A stretch of 60,065 nucleotides of DNA from Candidatus Andersenbacteria bacterium RIFCSPHIGHO2_02_FULL_46_16 (GCA_001817065.1 MHHQ01000032.1:1-60065); one strand, 5' to 3'. Positions 1-9,500 are shown, numbered from the stretch's first letter. Notes: generated from the letters alone by a model not told the origin. Translations and numbers: made by a program.

Positions 1-243
1 TTGTGTTTATGTGTAAACACTACAAATGTATCAAATCCTGCGTATTTAGGCTTGGGGATGAAGAATTAAGTGCGATTGGCCTAGAGGGACACCAAAGCGA
101 GGGACTACTGGATCAGGTCCGAACCGCTTTGATTGAAGAAAAGTTGATTACAGTTGTTTCTCAAACAATTCAAACACCCGATGTTTGAATAGCGTTACAG
201 TATACAGACAGTTTCAGATGTTTTCTACGGAGCATGGCTGACC

Positions 244-268
244 CTATTAACCTATTAACTCTATTAAC
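244..268. repeat. three tandem copies of CTATTAAC in intergenic DNA
   Basis: Read directly: ctattaac-ctattaac-t-ctattaac. Confidence 0.6.
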
Positions 269-405
269 TAAACTAATTCAAGACAATTCACGTCATTTCA
301 CGTTTTAAAAAAATAGGACGTTTCCGGACCCGTTCCGGGTATACGAAAGAATTGTTTTTTCGGATAAAAGCAGCCTTTACTCACCTACATTATGGTAATT
401 GTTGT

Positions 406-450
406 AATCGTATCAATATGATACGATTAGAGCACTTAAATGATACGATA
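406..450. promoter_or_regulatory. candidate operator: 23-bp palindrome AATCGTATCA-ATA-TGATACGATT (406-428) plus a third half-site TGATACGAT (441-449)
   Basis: Perfect inverted repeat read from the sequence. It ends a few nt before the start codon of a gene whose product has an N-terminal wHTH-like region. Confidence 0.35.
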
Positions 451-455
451 ATCAT

Positions 456-1511
456 ATGAACAAATTACCTCAAAAACACCAAGATATAATAAATATTTTT
501 CTGGAAAAAGGAACTATTCAATCATCTGACGTGCATGCTGAAATCACTAAAATGGGAGGAGACACTTCTCTAGTTACGGTCAAAAGAGCCCTGTCCGAAA
601 TGGTCACCGCAGGCGTTTTGGCTACCACCGGTTCCGGCCGATCCACCAGTTACAACATTACCGCGCTAGGTAGAATATCAGCAGATATTGATGCCAAAAA
701 GTATTGTTCATCTGAGCCCGATCAAAGACTTGGTTTAGATCGTTTTAATTTTGATCTCATATCATCGCTGCCATTTGACCTTTTCACTGCCGATGAATTA
801 AAGATTTTAAATGACGCAACCACAGAATATTTCAAGAGAACGAAGGACTTGCCGGCAACAATCCAGCAAAAAGAATTGGCACGATTGATCATTGAATTAT
901 CATGGAAATCATCCAAAATGGAAGGCAACACGTATACTCTACTTGATACGGAAAAATTGATTTTAGAGAATAAAGAAGCGCTTGGGCATAGTAAGCAGGA
1001 GGCGCAGATGATTTTGAACCACAAAGATGCCTTTAACTATATTCATCAAAATGTAGCGCAATTTAAAACAATCACTAGAAAAAATCTGGAGGAGTTACAT
1101 GCTATTTTAGTTAAAGACTTGAGCGTGGGTTTGGGCTTACGGTCAAAACCAGTCGGTGTCACTGGGTCAAAATATCTTCCCCTGGATAATATTCACCAGA
1201 TCGCCGAAGCTGTTGAGAGTCTTGAAATGGCCGTGCCTAGAATGCTCACTCCCTATGCCAAAGCTCTTGTTGCTCTACTTGGTATTAGCTATATCCAGCC
1301 TTTTGAAGACGGCAACAAAAGAACTAGCCGGCTCATGGCCAATGCTTTGCTGTTATCTCATGGCCTCGCCCCTCTTTCGTACCGTAGCGTTGATGAAAGT
1401 GAATATCGCGAAGCCGTCTTGGTATTTTATGAATTGAATTCAATTATACCGCTAAAAAATATTTTTATTGGCCAGTATACATTTGCCGCTCAAAACTACG
1501 CGGCTAAATAA
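456..1511 (+). CDS. Fic/DOC family protein with N-terminal wHTH-like domain; degenerate active site
   Basis: Fic core IQPFEDGNKRTSR versus the canonical HxFx(D/E)GNGRxxR. An inhibitory-helix-like SxxxEG motif (SSKMEGN) lies upstream. Confidence 0.85.
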   Translation: MNKLPQKHQDIINIFLEKGTIQSSDVHAEITKMGGDTSLVTVKRALSEMVTAGVLATTGSGRSTSYNITALGRISADIDAKKYCSSEPDQRLGLDRFNFDLISSLPFDLFTADELKILNDATTEYFKRTKDLPATIQQKELARLIIELSWKSSKMEGNTYTLLDTEKLILENKEALGHSKQEAQMILNHKDAFNYIHQNVAQFKTITRKNLEELHAILVKDLSVGLGLRSKPVGVTGSKYLPLDNIHQIAEAVESLEMAVPRMLTPYAKALVALLGISYIQPFEDGNKRTSRLMANALLLSHGLAPLSYRSVDESEYREAVLVFYELNSIIPLKNIFIGQYTFAAQNYAAK

Positions 1512-1558
1512 AACTGTGGTTCTTGGATAGGGATCAGTTGCCAAGAACCAAGTCGAAC

Positions 1559-1591
1559 TGCTCGCGGGGTCTGACCCGAACCGACAACCTA
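1559..1591 (-). repeat. degenerate copy of the 3' end (T-arm + acceptor) of the tRNA-Asn gene at 36464-36496; att-like direct repeat
   Basis: 31/33 nt identical, same orientation. No matching 5' acceptor strand or D-arm nearby. Confidence 0.6.
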
Positions 1592-1793
1592 AATCGGGCT
1601 CATGATTCATGAGTTTAATGCTTTAAATATAGCTTAGTAAAGCTAATAAGTAAAGTTAATTTGCCCGCAAATTGCCAGTTTTTCTTGTCAGATTTCATGA
1701 ATTGCTATTGATCTGAGTAATGACTTATGTATAATGTCAACATAACGAGGTCCGAGGACACCTCCCGTTAGGAGGGGCTCTCTACAAGAGAGC

Positions 1794-2351
1794 TTACTCG
1801 TCAACCTGACCGCCCACTAGCTGGGCGGTTATTTTATGCCTCACTTTTTTCCAGAGAGGCGTTGCTTTTCCTTTCGGGTTGTCATAATATGCTCGGGTTA
1901 CGCCAGCCAGCGCGTCCGCCAAGCGAATACCAGGCGAAGATTCATCGCGCAGCGTCTTAAGCTTTTTCACTGAAATGCCTTTATCGCGCAGTACTTTCTT
2001 AAGGCGCAACTCAACCCAGCGCGGTTTTTTGCCATCAACATAGATGGCCTTGAAGTCCTTTTCGATAAGCAGATATTGGGCTGACCATTCGAGCGCTTCG
2101 TCAGGACGGATAGGGTTGCGAAAGACAGCAACCTTAACTTGGAATGGCAGCTTGGCTACATCAGTAAGGAATGCGGCGCGTAATTTCCATGGCAGGTCAG
2201 TCCACTTAAAATGGCTGATATTGTGCTTCTTTTCGATAGCAATAATGGCCTTTTCAATCGCCTCAACATTTTCAAACTCGATGTAGGCCATTGCGAATGA
2301 GGAATGATCAACAGATTTGTGAATGCCAGACTCATCAATGAAAATTACCAT
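1794..2351 (-). CDS. DUF3800 family protein
   Basis: N-terminal VIFIDESG motif typical of DUF3800. Confidence 0.65.
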   Translation of the reverse strand: MVIFIDESGIHKSVDHSSFAMAYIEFENVEAIEKAIIAIEKKHNISHFKWTDLPWKLRAAFLTDVAKLPFQVKVAVFRNPIRPDEALEWSAQYLLIEKDFKAIYVDGKKPRWVELRLKKVLRDKGISVKKLKTLRDESSPGIRLADALAGVTRAYYDNPKGKATPLWKKVRHKITAQLVGGQVDE

Positions 2352-2398
2352 ATACGAACATTAGCAATCATAGCCACATTGTATCATTGTAAGAGGTT

Positions 2399-4588
2399 AT
2401 GGTAACGCGAAATAGCAGCGATAAAGATAAAATAACGCTCTACCGGTCATATTTTCGGGGACGTACTGACGTGTATGCTCGATATTGGAGAAATACCGAG
2501 GGAAAGTCCGGCTACGCTCCAGCACTTGATGGAAAACAACGGCCCCTAGTCCTAACTGATGCTGTCATTAAAGGACATTTATTAGGCATTGAGCTTGTTG
2601 GCGTTTACCTCCTGCTTCCTAACAACACAACGTATTTTCTCGCCGTTGATTTCGATGGTGAGAACTGGCTCGACGATGCATTGGCCGTCCAGAATACGGC
2701 GCAAAAACATAAGCTACCATCTCTTCTGGAGCGATCAAAGTCCGGCAACGGCGGTCATGTCTGGTTCTTTTTCGAGAACGCAATCCCTGCCTGGAAAGCA
2801 CGACAGGTGGGCAAACATTTGATTGCCCAAGCCCAGTTGACAAATAGCAAGTCGTTTGATCGTCTTTTCCCGAGCCAAGACGAACATACTGGCAAGGGAC
2901 TTGGAAACCTTATTGCCCTGCCGCTGAATGGCAAATATGTAAAAGAAGGCGCGACCGTATTTATCGATAAGGCAGGTGAACCCCTATCAGATCAATGGCA
3001 AGCATTATCCTCATACAAGAAAATCGGCGAGGCCGCTCTTGATAGGCTATTGAGCAACATCAAGATCACACCACCGAAGCCAAAAGAAGAGAGAAATAAT
3101 AGTGAAGACGCCCAGTCCACGATTCAAACATCCTCCAAGCCTCAGGCAAAATTAGTGCTCGGTAATCAAATCTACATCCCGCAAGCGTTCTTGCCAGATA
3201 AGCTGTATAAATTTGCCAAGCAAAACTGCAACTTCACGAATCCGCAGTATTACGAAATGCAGCGAAAGGGATATTCAACCTGGAAAACACCTCGGAGAAT
3301 TTATACCATTGATGTTCATGACGAGGGCATATCATTACCAGATGGATTCCTGACGCAACTCCAAAGCTTTGCTAACGAACAAAATATCAAGCTCGATATA
3401 GACGATCAACGTATTGTCGGTAAATCAATTACGTTTCGCACGTCCCTTAAGCTTAGTCCAGAGCAACAAAAAGTAGCCGCACAACTATTGAAGCAGGACC
3501 GGGTCGTTCTCGAGGCACCGCCCGGCTTTGGCAAAAGTATTGTTGCGCTGTATTGCATCAAGCGCCGCCGGCAACCAGCGCTCGTAATCGTTCACCGTAA
3601 ATCCCTACTTCATCAGTGGCGCAAACTGACTGAACAATGGTTTGAGTTGGAGAAAGGCGAACTTGGGATTATTGGCGATAGTAAGTGGAACCCTGGCAGT
3701 AAGCTTACAATCGCCTCCTACCAAACTTTAGCCCGCCGAGGTGTTGAGGAAATTGCCGACCAGTTTGGATTTGTTGTCATTGACGAGTGCCACCACACGC
3801 CAGCGCATACGTTCACAAAAGTACTGAAGCTGTTACCGGCAAAATATGTGTTAGGGTTGACCGCGACGCCGATTCGCAAGGACAAGCTTGATAAATTGAT
3901 TCCACTGTATATAGGGCCCATTACAACAAGTAGCAGTAAACAGGCAGAAATTACTGCCGCAGAAGACATGAACAAAGTACCCATCCGTGTTCACCTGCCG
4001 CGAACAGAGTTTGTTGCCCCCGACAAAAACGTAACATTCAACCAGCTTGGCAAGTTGCTCATATCCAATGAGAATCGCAATCAACAAATTGTAAGTGATG
4101 TTATAAATGCAATGCGCACGGGCGCAAAGTGCTTAATCCTCACCGATCGAGTTGCTCATGAAGAGAATCTGTTAAAACTGATTCGCCAGCAAATGAAATA
4201 TGTACACGCCACTGCCATCTCTGGCCAACTACGAAAGAAAGAGCGGGAAAAGCTTCTGAAACGTATTAAGCAACCGCGCTTTCAGTTGCTCATCGCCACA
4301 GGAAAACTGGTCGGTGAAGGATTTGATTGGCCAGAACTTAACCACCTCTTCCTCACTTTTCCTATTTCATGGAAAGGACGCCTCACACAATACATCGGCC
4401 GAGTACAACGGAAGGCCGAAGGAAAAGAAGACGCTCACGTGTATGACTACGTCGACTATGAAGTTCCCATGCTTCGATTGATGTATTTTAAACGTTTGCG
4501 AACCTATCGCGAATTAGGCTTGGTACGACAAAAGATTCGCACCGTTAAGCAGCCAATTGACGTTAATCAGCTATCAATGCTCCATTAA
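2399..4588 (+). CDS. archaeo-eukaryotic primase-polymerase (AEP) domain fused to an SF2 (DEAH-like) helicase
   Basis: FRGRTDVYARYW...GKSGYAP, VDFDGE and SKSGNGGHVWFFF (AEP motifs). Then APPGFGKS (Walker A), VIDECHH (motif II) and LTATP (motif III). Confidence 0.85.
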   Translation: MVTRNSSDKDKITLYRSYFRGRTDVYARYWRNTEGKSGYAPALDGKQRPLVLTDAVIKGHLLGIELVGVYLLLPNNTTYFLAVDFDGENWLDDALAVQNTAQKHKLPSLLERSKSGNGGHVWFFFENAIPAWKARQVGKHLIAQAQLTNSKSFDRLFPSQDEHTGKGLGNLIALPLNGKYVKEGATVFIDKAGEPLSDQWQALSSYKKIGEAALDRLLSNIKITPPKPKEERNNSEDAQSTIQTSSKPQAKLVLGNQIYIPQAFLPDKLYKFAKQNCNFTNPQYYEMQRKGYSTWKTPRRIYTIDVHDEGISLPDGFLTQLQSFANEQNIKLDIDDQRIVGKSITFRTSLKLSPEQQKVAAQLLKQDRVVLEAPPGFGKSIVALYCIKRRRQPALVIVHRKSLLHQWRKLTEQWFELEKGELGIIGDSKWNPGSKLTIASYQTLARRGVEEIADQFGFVVIDECHHTPAHTFTKVLKLLPAKYVLGLTATPIRKDKLDKLIPLYIGPITTSSSKQAEITAAEDMNKVPIRVHLPRTEFVAPDKNVTFNQLGKLLISNENRNQQIVSDVINAMRTGAKCLILTDRVAHEENLLKLIRQQMKYVHATAISGQLRKKEREKLLKRIKQPRFQLLIATGKLVGEGFDWPELNHLFLTFPISWKGRLTQYIGRVQRKAEGKEDAHVYDYVDYEVPMLRLMYFKRLRTYRELGLVRQKIRTVKQPIDVNQLSMLH

Positions 4589-5032
4589 CCCCGCCAGCGC
4601 CTCATCGCCCTTAATTAACCGAACAAGCACAAGCTCCAATTGTGGCTGCTCATCAACTAAATCCACTAGCAACTGTCTAAGTTCTTTATTCGATAGGCCT
4701 GCAAGCAATGTTTCGATTGGCTCGATTTCGATAAAACGACCGGGGTCAGAAATCCATGTTAGCAGCAACGCCGCCACATGCTTGCAACGGCCAACGCCAT
4801 CCTCAAAAGGACAAGTACAAACAGCTCCCTTAATTGTCTTTGGTTTACAAATTACGCGGACACTGTAGCTTTCTTCAGATCGACCCAAGCATCCAGCCTT
4901 AAGCACCAACCCAGTCTTGCGAGGATTGAAAATGGCGCCGTCCCGGTGATACTCACACCCCCGCCCAAAGACCTTATCTCCCACCCAGCGTGCAATTTGT
5001 GCTTCAGTAATGTGCGGACCAGATATCACCAT
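4574..5032 (-). CDS. SWIM zinc-finger protein
   Basis: CTCPFEDGVGRCKHVAALLL matches the CxC...CxH SWIM signature. Confidence 0.75.
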   Translation of the reverse strand: MVISGPHITEAQIARWVGDKVFGRGCEYHRDGAIFNPRKTGLVLKAGCLGRSEESYSVRVICKPKTIKGAVCTCPFEDGVGRCKHVAALLLTWISDPGRFIEIEPIETLLAGLSNKELRQLLVDLVDEQPQLELVLVRLIKGDEALAGLMEH

Positions 5033-5038
5033 ACCACG

Positions 5039-6001
5039 CTACCAGTTCTTAGCCTCTTGAGGACGTGCCCCGATAATCTCATCAAACGTATCCTCCGCAT
5101 AGTCAGTAACCATATTGTCATGACGCAAAATGTGGGAGGCCGCCTCTGCGTAACGACGCTGCTGCTCCGCTTTGTCTTTAACGCCATCACGGACCAGCAA
5201 CAAGTACGCCTCAAGATGCTTGCAGGCCATCTCCTCGAACGTCTCCGGACCGCCACCAAACTGGTGGAGATATTCTTGGAATCCACGAAACGCCAGCCAC
5301 TCAAGCTGTAGCATAGTATCCAAATCAACTTCAGCTTTCCAAGCCCGGCTCACAATGCTATTAACAGCCCGGCCAGAAATATCGCCGGGGATACCTTTGC
5401 GATAGATCTTTCCAATCGTCTCCCGCTCCATTTCTTTGATGTACTGGTGTTGACTGCTAGCCGTCCCGAGCAGGCGACTCTCCAGAAATGTCTTTGTATC
5501 GGGTGATATTTTATATAGGTCGCGCAGCAAATCGTTTTGTTTTTCTTTTGTCAGCTGATGAAATTTTTCCTTAACGCCGGCCAAGCCGCGCTTCGGCTGG
5601 CTTATTTTGGCTTCCTTTTTGGATTTTTCTCGACGAGCAGCGGCAAGAGCTGCCTCAACCCACTCCACAAGCACTAAACGATCATCAAGGATATCAGCGG
5701 GGACTTCCCAGAATGAGGTCAGCTTCGTCTGCTTTCCCTGACGCTGATACGAGAACGGCTTGCTGCCGTGCTGCTCAAATTGAAGACGACTCGTGTTGTC
5801 AGCTTTAAAGTACAAAGTGCCACGATCAATTAAACCAAACATCACATCTCTTTGATATACACCGTGACCACCGAACATACGACGAAGCACTATCCCAGGC
5901 ACATCGCGCAAGAGATCAGTTACAACATAATCTGAAAAGCTTGATACTTGGGTTCCCATAGAATTATGATGACAAATTCCGTAATAAGATGACAGTATCA
6001 T
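5039..6001 (-). CDS. TfoX N-terminal-domain protein with an uncharacterised helical C-terminal half
   Basis: RRMFGGHGVYQRDVMFGLIDRGTLYFKAD resembles the TfoX_N signature. Confidence 0.6.
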   Translation of the reverse strand: MILSSYYGICHHNSMGTQVSSFSDYVVTDLLRDVPGIVLRRMFGGHGVYQRDVMFGLIDRGTLYFKADNTSRLQFEQHGSKPFSYQRQGKQTKLTSFWEVPADILDDRLVLVEWVEAALAAARREKSKKEAKISQPKRGLAGVKEKFHQLTKEKQNDLLRDLYKISPDTKTFLESRLLGTASSQHQYIKEMERETIGKIYRKGIPGDISGRAVNSIVSRAWKAEVDLDTMLQLEWLAFRGFQEYLHQFGGGPETFEEMACKHLEAYLLLVRDGVKDKAEQQRRYAEAASHILRHDNMVTDYAEDTFDEIIGARPQEAKNW

Positions 6002-6190
6002 TTGCCGTGCAGTTCGAATCCGATCCCCGGTAGGGAATATTTTCTACAGAACCGTAAACGGAGAAGTTAACGATCACAAAAACACCGCCTGGACTTAAGC
6101 GGTGATTCTGTGCCTTGTAAGGCTGTTTTGTTTGATTTGTTCTGGTGAACTCTCTTGGATAGAGTCCGGTTGACCAGAACAAAAATGATA

Positions 6191-6227
6191 CGCTCGCCAC
6201 TTGGGTTTCGAACCCAAAATGAGACAC
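6191..6227 (-). other. tRNA 3'-half-like fragment (T-arm TTGGG-TTCGAAA-CCCAA + acceptor GTGGCGA-G), no 5' half
   Basis: Hairpin and acceptor-like tail read on the minus strand. No complementary TCGCCAC within 100 nt. Confidence 0.3.
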
Positions 6228-6427
6228 TAAGGACGGAAAATAAGAGGGTTTTGAGGGGTGTTTGGGACGGTGTATAGAACCAAAAATGAGACAGTTTGAG
6301 ACACTATATAGGACATGCATAAAAGTGACTTTTCTGACGAGTTAACTGCTCCTACATCCTCCCAAAACTAGCCTTCCATGCTGTTATATGAAACAATACA
6401 GTCTTTAAAACGACTGTCTCATTTTTT
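6217..6427. repeat. dispersed AAAATGAGACA(C/G)T motif: 6217-6229, 6282-6295, partial 6297-6306, inverted 6414-6427
   Basis: Read directly in a 516-bp non-coding gap. Confidence 0.55.
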
Positions 6428-6517
6428 AGTCAGGATCTACGGATTAGTCGGACAGTAAAATCCTTCAAAAAAATAGCTGATCCTTCAGCTAGAGACAATT
6501 TTCAAAGAAGCTACTGT

Positions 6518-7093
6518 TCAATTAGCATTGTCCATTTTTACAACCGATAGATTCGAACCTCTTTTTTCTAACTCTATAATTGCTCCATTGCCAATCTTTT
6601 CAAATTCACCTAATTCAAGTATTTCTCGAAATATAGAACGAATGGGCCCACCGTGTGTTACTATCGCAATCGTTTCGAACTTATTACCAGTGATTTTTGA
6701 AAAACATCTCATAATGCGGTCTCTAAAGTGGCTATATGTTTCAGCGCCCTTGACTGGATTTTCTCTATTAACAAGAATCTCCCCTAGTTTTCTATATTCT
6801 TCTTCTGGCTGATTTTTACCAAGTTTGACGTATGCACCATAGATATCCTGCTCATTTAAGTCATTTTCAACCCTGACTTGACAGTTTAATTTGTCGCCAA
6901 GAATTTTAGATGTTTCGCGCGCGCGAACTTTAGAACTAGAGAAGATTATTTGGATTTTGCTCCCAATAAGTTTCTCCGCAATTTCTTCGGCTTCTTGCAA
7001 TCCCCTGTCAGTAAGATGGTCATCATAATCTCCATCATATTTTTGTTTTATGTCTGAGGTGCTTTCTCCGTGTCGAATAAGATATATTTTCAT
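6518..7093 (-). CDS. histidine phosphatase (phosphoglycerate mutase-like) family protein
   Basis: N-terminal LIRHGES motif. Confidence 0.85.
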   Translation of the reverse strand: MKIYLIRHGESTSDIKQKYDGDYDDHLTDRGLQEAEEIAEKLIGSKIQIIFSSSKVRARETSKILGDKLNCQVRVENDLNEQDIYGAYVKLGKNQPEEEYRKLGEILVNRENPVKGAETYSHFRDRIMRCFSKITGNKFETIAIVTHGGPIRSIFREILELGEFEKIGNGAIIELEKRGSNLSVVKMDNAN

Positions 7094-7285
7094 AGCAGTA
7101 ATAATGGCTCAAAGTTGGAGTAAAATTGCGTATAACATCTCAGTATGTTTTAAGTCTAATATTTTGTTAGTCTATCACAGCTTATATGCACTTTATTTAA
7201 TAGTGCCTTAAACTATCCCATTTCGAAATTAACCGAACTGAGCCCGCACGACCTTAGCGAACTTTCGACTGGACTTCACAAAACG

Positions 7286-7585
7286 TTGCGGCACACTGTG
7301 CTTCCTATGCGATTTGATAGCCCCGAGGCTGATCTAATATTCACGGCGCTGGGTAATAAAACCAGACGGCGGATACTTCAGCGATTATCCCAAAAACCAG
7401 CTCGATCAATCTCCGAACTTGCCCGGGCGTTTGGAATTTCGAACACGGCTGCTTCGAATCAGATCAAGATTCTAGAGCAGGCAGAGCTTGTTATTCGCTC
7501 ACAGCGAGGAAAATACAACCACGTTATCCTAGCGCCTGAAAGAACTTTGGAAATCCTACTAGCTATTGCTTCACAATTTTCTTAG
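7286..7585 (+). CDS. ArsR/SmtB-family HTH transcriptional regulator
   Basis: ALGNKTRRRILQRL...ISELARAFGISNTAASNQIKILEQAELV. Confidence 0.8.
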   Translation: MRHTVLPMRFDSPEADLIFTALGNKTRRRILQRLSQKPARSISELARAFGISNTAASNQIKILEQAELVIRSQRGKYNHVILAPERTLEILLAIASQFS

Positions 7586-7865
7586 AGATAGCTCCAGTAA
7601 ACAACCGGTAGGCTGGTCTATTTTCTTTTTTGTAGATGGTCCTAACTCCAAGCATTTCCTTACACTTTGGACACGATAGTTTAGATGAAGACGATGAATC
7701 ACCCTGTATTCTGTTCAAGTAAAGTCGTTTAAGAATACCCGGACCATCTTTCTGATAACGAAATAAATTATGACCACAACTGGCGCAGGATAACCGCAAC
7801 ATCCGCGAGTACCCTCCTCGAGCTTTTAGGAACTTATCGTTTCTCACCGTTTTTTTGAATAGCAA
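7563..7865 (-). CDS. hypothetical zinc-ribbon protein
   Basis: CASCG...CPKC cysteine pairs; no family recognised. Confidence 0.4.
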   Translation of the reverse strand: MLFKKTVRNDKFLKARGGYSRMLRLSCASCGHNLFRYQKDGPGILKRLYLNRIQGDSSSSSKLSCPKCKEMLGVRTIYKKENRPAYRLFTGAISKKIVKQ

Positions 7866-8361
7866 TTAATTGACGGATAATCATTTCATCCCAGGAGTTA
7901 ATATTCTCTCCGGTAAAATCAAACCACACTTTCATAAAATCGCTACGCTCTAGTGTCCGCAGTTTCCCTATTTCCGGATCTTGTAGATAGATATTGTCTT
8001 TATCTAATCCAACTACCACTGAATAGTGACCATCCGGCACTTCCGAATCGCCATAATCAGCCCGACCGCGGGTAAACCAGTCAACAATAACGGGCACTTT
8101 TTTATCAAGCCAGAGTTGGATATCTTCAAACGATGCTTCTTTCTGAATTTCTACTTTAAAACCATACCTTTCCGCTGCTTTTTTTATCGATTTATCATCC
8201 GTACCCAAGTCAGGATCTCGCCCACACTCTTTAGCCACCTCTGCCTCAGTTTTCTCCACGCCATAATACGCCAGCACCATCTTCAAACTGGCTGGACCGC
8301 AGTAGCCGCCATGCAACGTTTCCTGAAATGGTTGGACATTAAGTAAATTAATTTGATTCAT
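7834..8361 (-). CDS. papain-like (C39-like) cysteine peptidase domain protein
   Basis: [17 protein letters not shown] motif, later His (DGHYSVV). Confidence 0.6.
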   Translation of the reverse strand: MNQINLLNVQPFQETLHGGYCGPASLKMVLAYYGVEKTEAEVAKECGRDPDLGTDDKSIKKAAERYGFKVEIQKEASFEDIQLWLDKKVPVIVDWFTRGRADYGDSEVPDGHYSVVVGLDKDNIYLQDPEIGKLRTLERSDFMKVWFDFTGENINSWDEMIIRQLIAIQKNGEKR

Positions 8362-8770
8362 ATTTTTGAAAACCTTGTTTTATTGTATCGCGCATTCTGT
8401 CCGAGACGGGCGCTAAGTCGGCTAGCTCTTCTAGCTTAATCCAACGAAAATCCTGATGTTCAAAACTTAAAACAACTTTATTGTCTGCTTTTAACTCGCA
8501 GATAAAGGCGGTCGCATGCCTGTTCCATCCCTTCTCATTAACAAACGAGTAGTCATAATATCGTTTTACGGGGCTAACTGCTAAACCCGTTTCTTCTTTA
8601 ACTTCTCGCACTACCGCATCCTCGGGCGTCTCTCCTGGCTCAACGCCTCCGCCTACCAATTCCCAATAGCACGGTAAGAAATCGTCATCGGCAGCGCGGT
8701 GAGCCACTAAGACTTTGTCATCCTTGACTATAAAAGCATCTGCGCTAGTTATAACATTATCTTCGACCAT
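8348..8770 (-). CDS. NUDIX hydrolase
   Basis: Nudix box [24 protein letters not shown]. Confidence 0.9.
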   Translation of the reverse strand: MVEDNVITSADAFIVKDDKVLVAHRAADDDFLPCYWELVGGGVEPGETPEDAVVREVKEETGLAVSPVKRYYDYSFVNEKGWNRHATAFICELKADNKVVLSFEHQDFRWIKLEELADLAPVSDRMRDTIKQGFQKYESN

Positions 8771-8824
8771 ATGCTCATAAAACTACATTGCTCCTACGTG
8801 TTTATTAGGGTGAACTGTTCCATA

Positions 8825-9436
8825 TCAATTAAATCGTTTCCATGTCCCCTCCGTGATAACTTCCGGTTTTCCATCAACAACCTTCACAGCCGTTTGATCA
8901 TCTATGGCGTACAGGGGGGTTGTGATACCCCTTGCCACCTCATTAACTAATTCACCTGCTCTCGGAAAATACTGTGAGTTCATGTGAGGTACAACTAAAA
9001 AATCTACGAACCCTAAACCCTCATTAGTAGCGTCATCAATGATCGGCTCCTCATAAAGGCGCTGCATCTCTTTTTCACGAAGATTAGGGGCAACAACCAT
9101 ACTGCCTGCGCTAACGCCAACATAAACACGCGTTGTTAGTAGCGCAGGAAGAATGGTATCTAAACCTGATTTCCTGATCTGATCTATAAGATAGGACGTA
9201 TTGCCACCGCCCACCATAATCACATCAGCTTTTTCTAAACGGGACTGCCATACATCCCGTGATACGGCTGCAATGTCTACAATGTCCACTTCTTTAAAAC
9301 CAAGTTCATTGCATTTTGATAAATCGTTAATCAGCCATGACTTGTCCCCTTCAACTTTCGTACTAATTTCATCATCCCCAAAAGGCGCTGGAATGCCTTG
9401 CCAGCAACCGCTACCAAGAAAAGTAAGCTTCATCAT
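8825..9436 (-). CDS. S51 peptidase E-like (class I glutamine amidotransferase fold) protein
   Basis: ADVIMVGGGNTSYL and GVSAGS motifs. Confidence 0.7.
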   Translation of the reverse strand: MMKLTFLGSGCWQGIPAPFGDDEISTKVEGDKSWLINDLSKCNELGFKEVDIVDIAAVSRDVWQSRLEKADVIMVGGGNTSYLIDQIRKSGLDTILPALLTTRVYVGVSAGSMVVAPNLREKEMQRLYEEPIIDDATNEGLGFVDFLVVPHMNSQYFPRAGELVNEVARGITTPLYAIDDQTAVKVVDGKPEVITEGTWKRFN

Positions 9437-9500
9437 AGAACTTAGGTTGATCTATAGCTTAAGATTAGACGAAAACAGGCCATTATGACACGCTCATTCT

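Noticed and set aside
3-188. Partial 61-aa ORF at the window edge
   Set aside because: It is truncated by the window boundary and nothing is recognisable in it.
722-1437. Track ORFs 722-1024(-) and 1156-1437(+) inside the fic gene, plus similar nested ORFs throughout (e.g. 2044-2286, 2589-2843, 3718-4087, 28107-28643, 44239-45315, 46057-46793)
   Set aside because: They lie antisense or out of frame within strongly supported genes, and their translations are low-complexity with no motifs. They are shadow ORFs.
1517-1550. 10-bp stem hairpin TGGTTCTTGG...CCAAGAACCA after the fic stop, considered as a terminator
   Set aside because: It has a 14-nt loop and no downstream T-tract, so it is not reported as a terminator. 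It may still be structural.
1592-1670. Possibility that the 1559-1591 repeat belongs to a complete second tRNA
   Set aside because: The upstream sequence gives no 5' acceptor strand (only an imperfect TTGCGGG about 110 nt away). There is no D-arm, and the T-stem has a mismatch. It is a fragment only.
6003-6040. GTTCGAATCC T-loop-like string on the plus strand
   Set aside because: The flanking bases (TGCA / CGAT) cannot form a T-stem, and no acceptor or anticodon arms are present.
5964-6320. 118-aa ORF on the minus strand in the 6.0-6.5 kb gap
   Set aside because: No recognisable motif. It overlaps the upstream gene start and runs through the repeat and tRNA-fragment region. It is probably non-coding.
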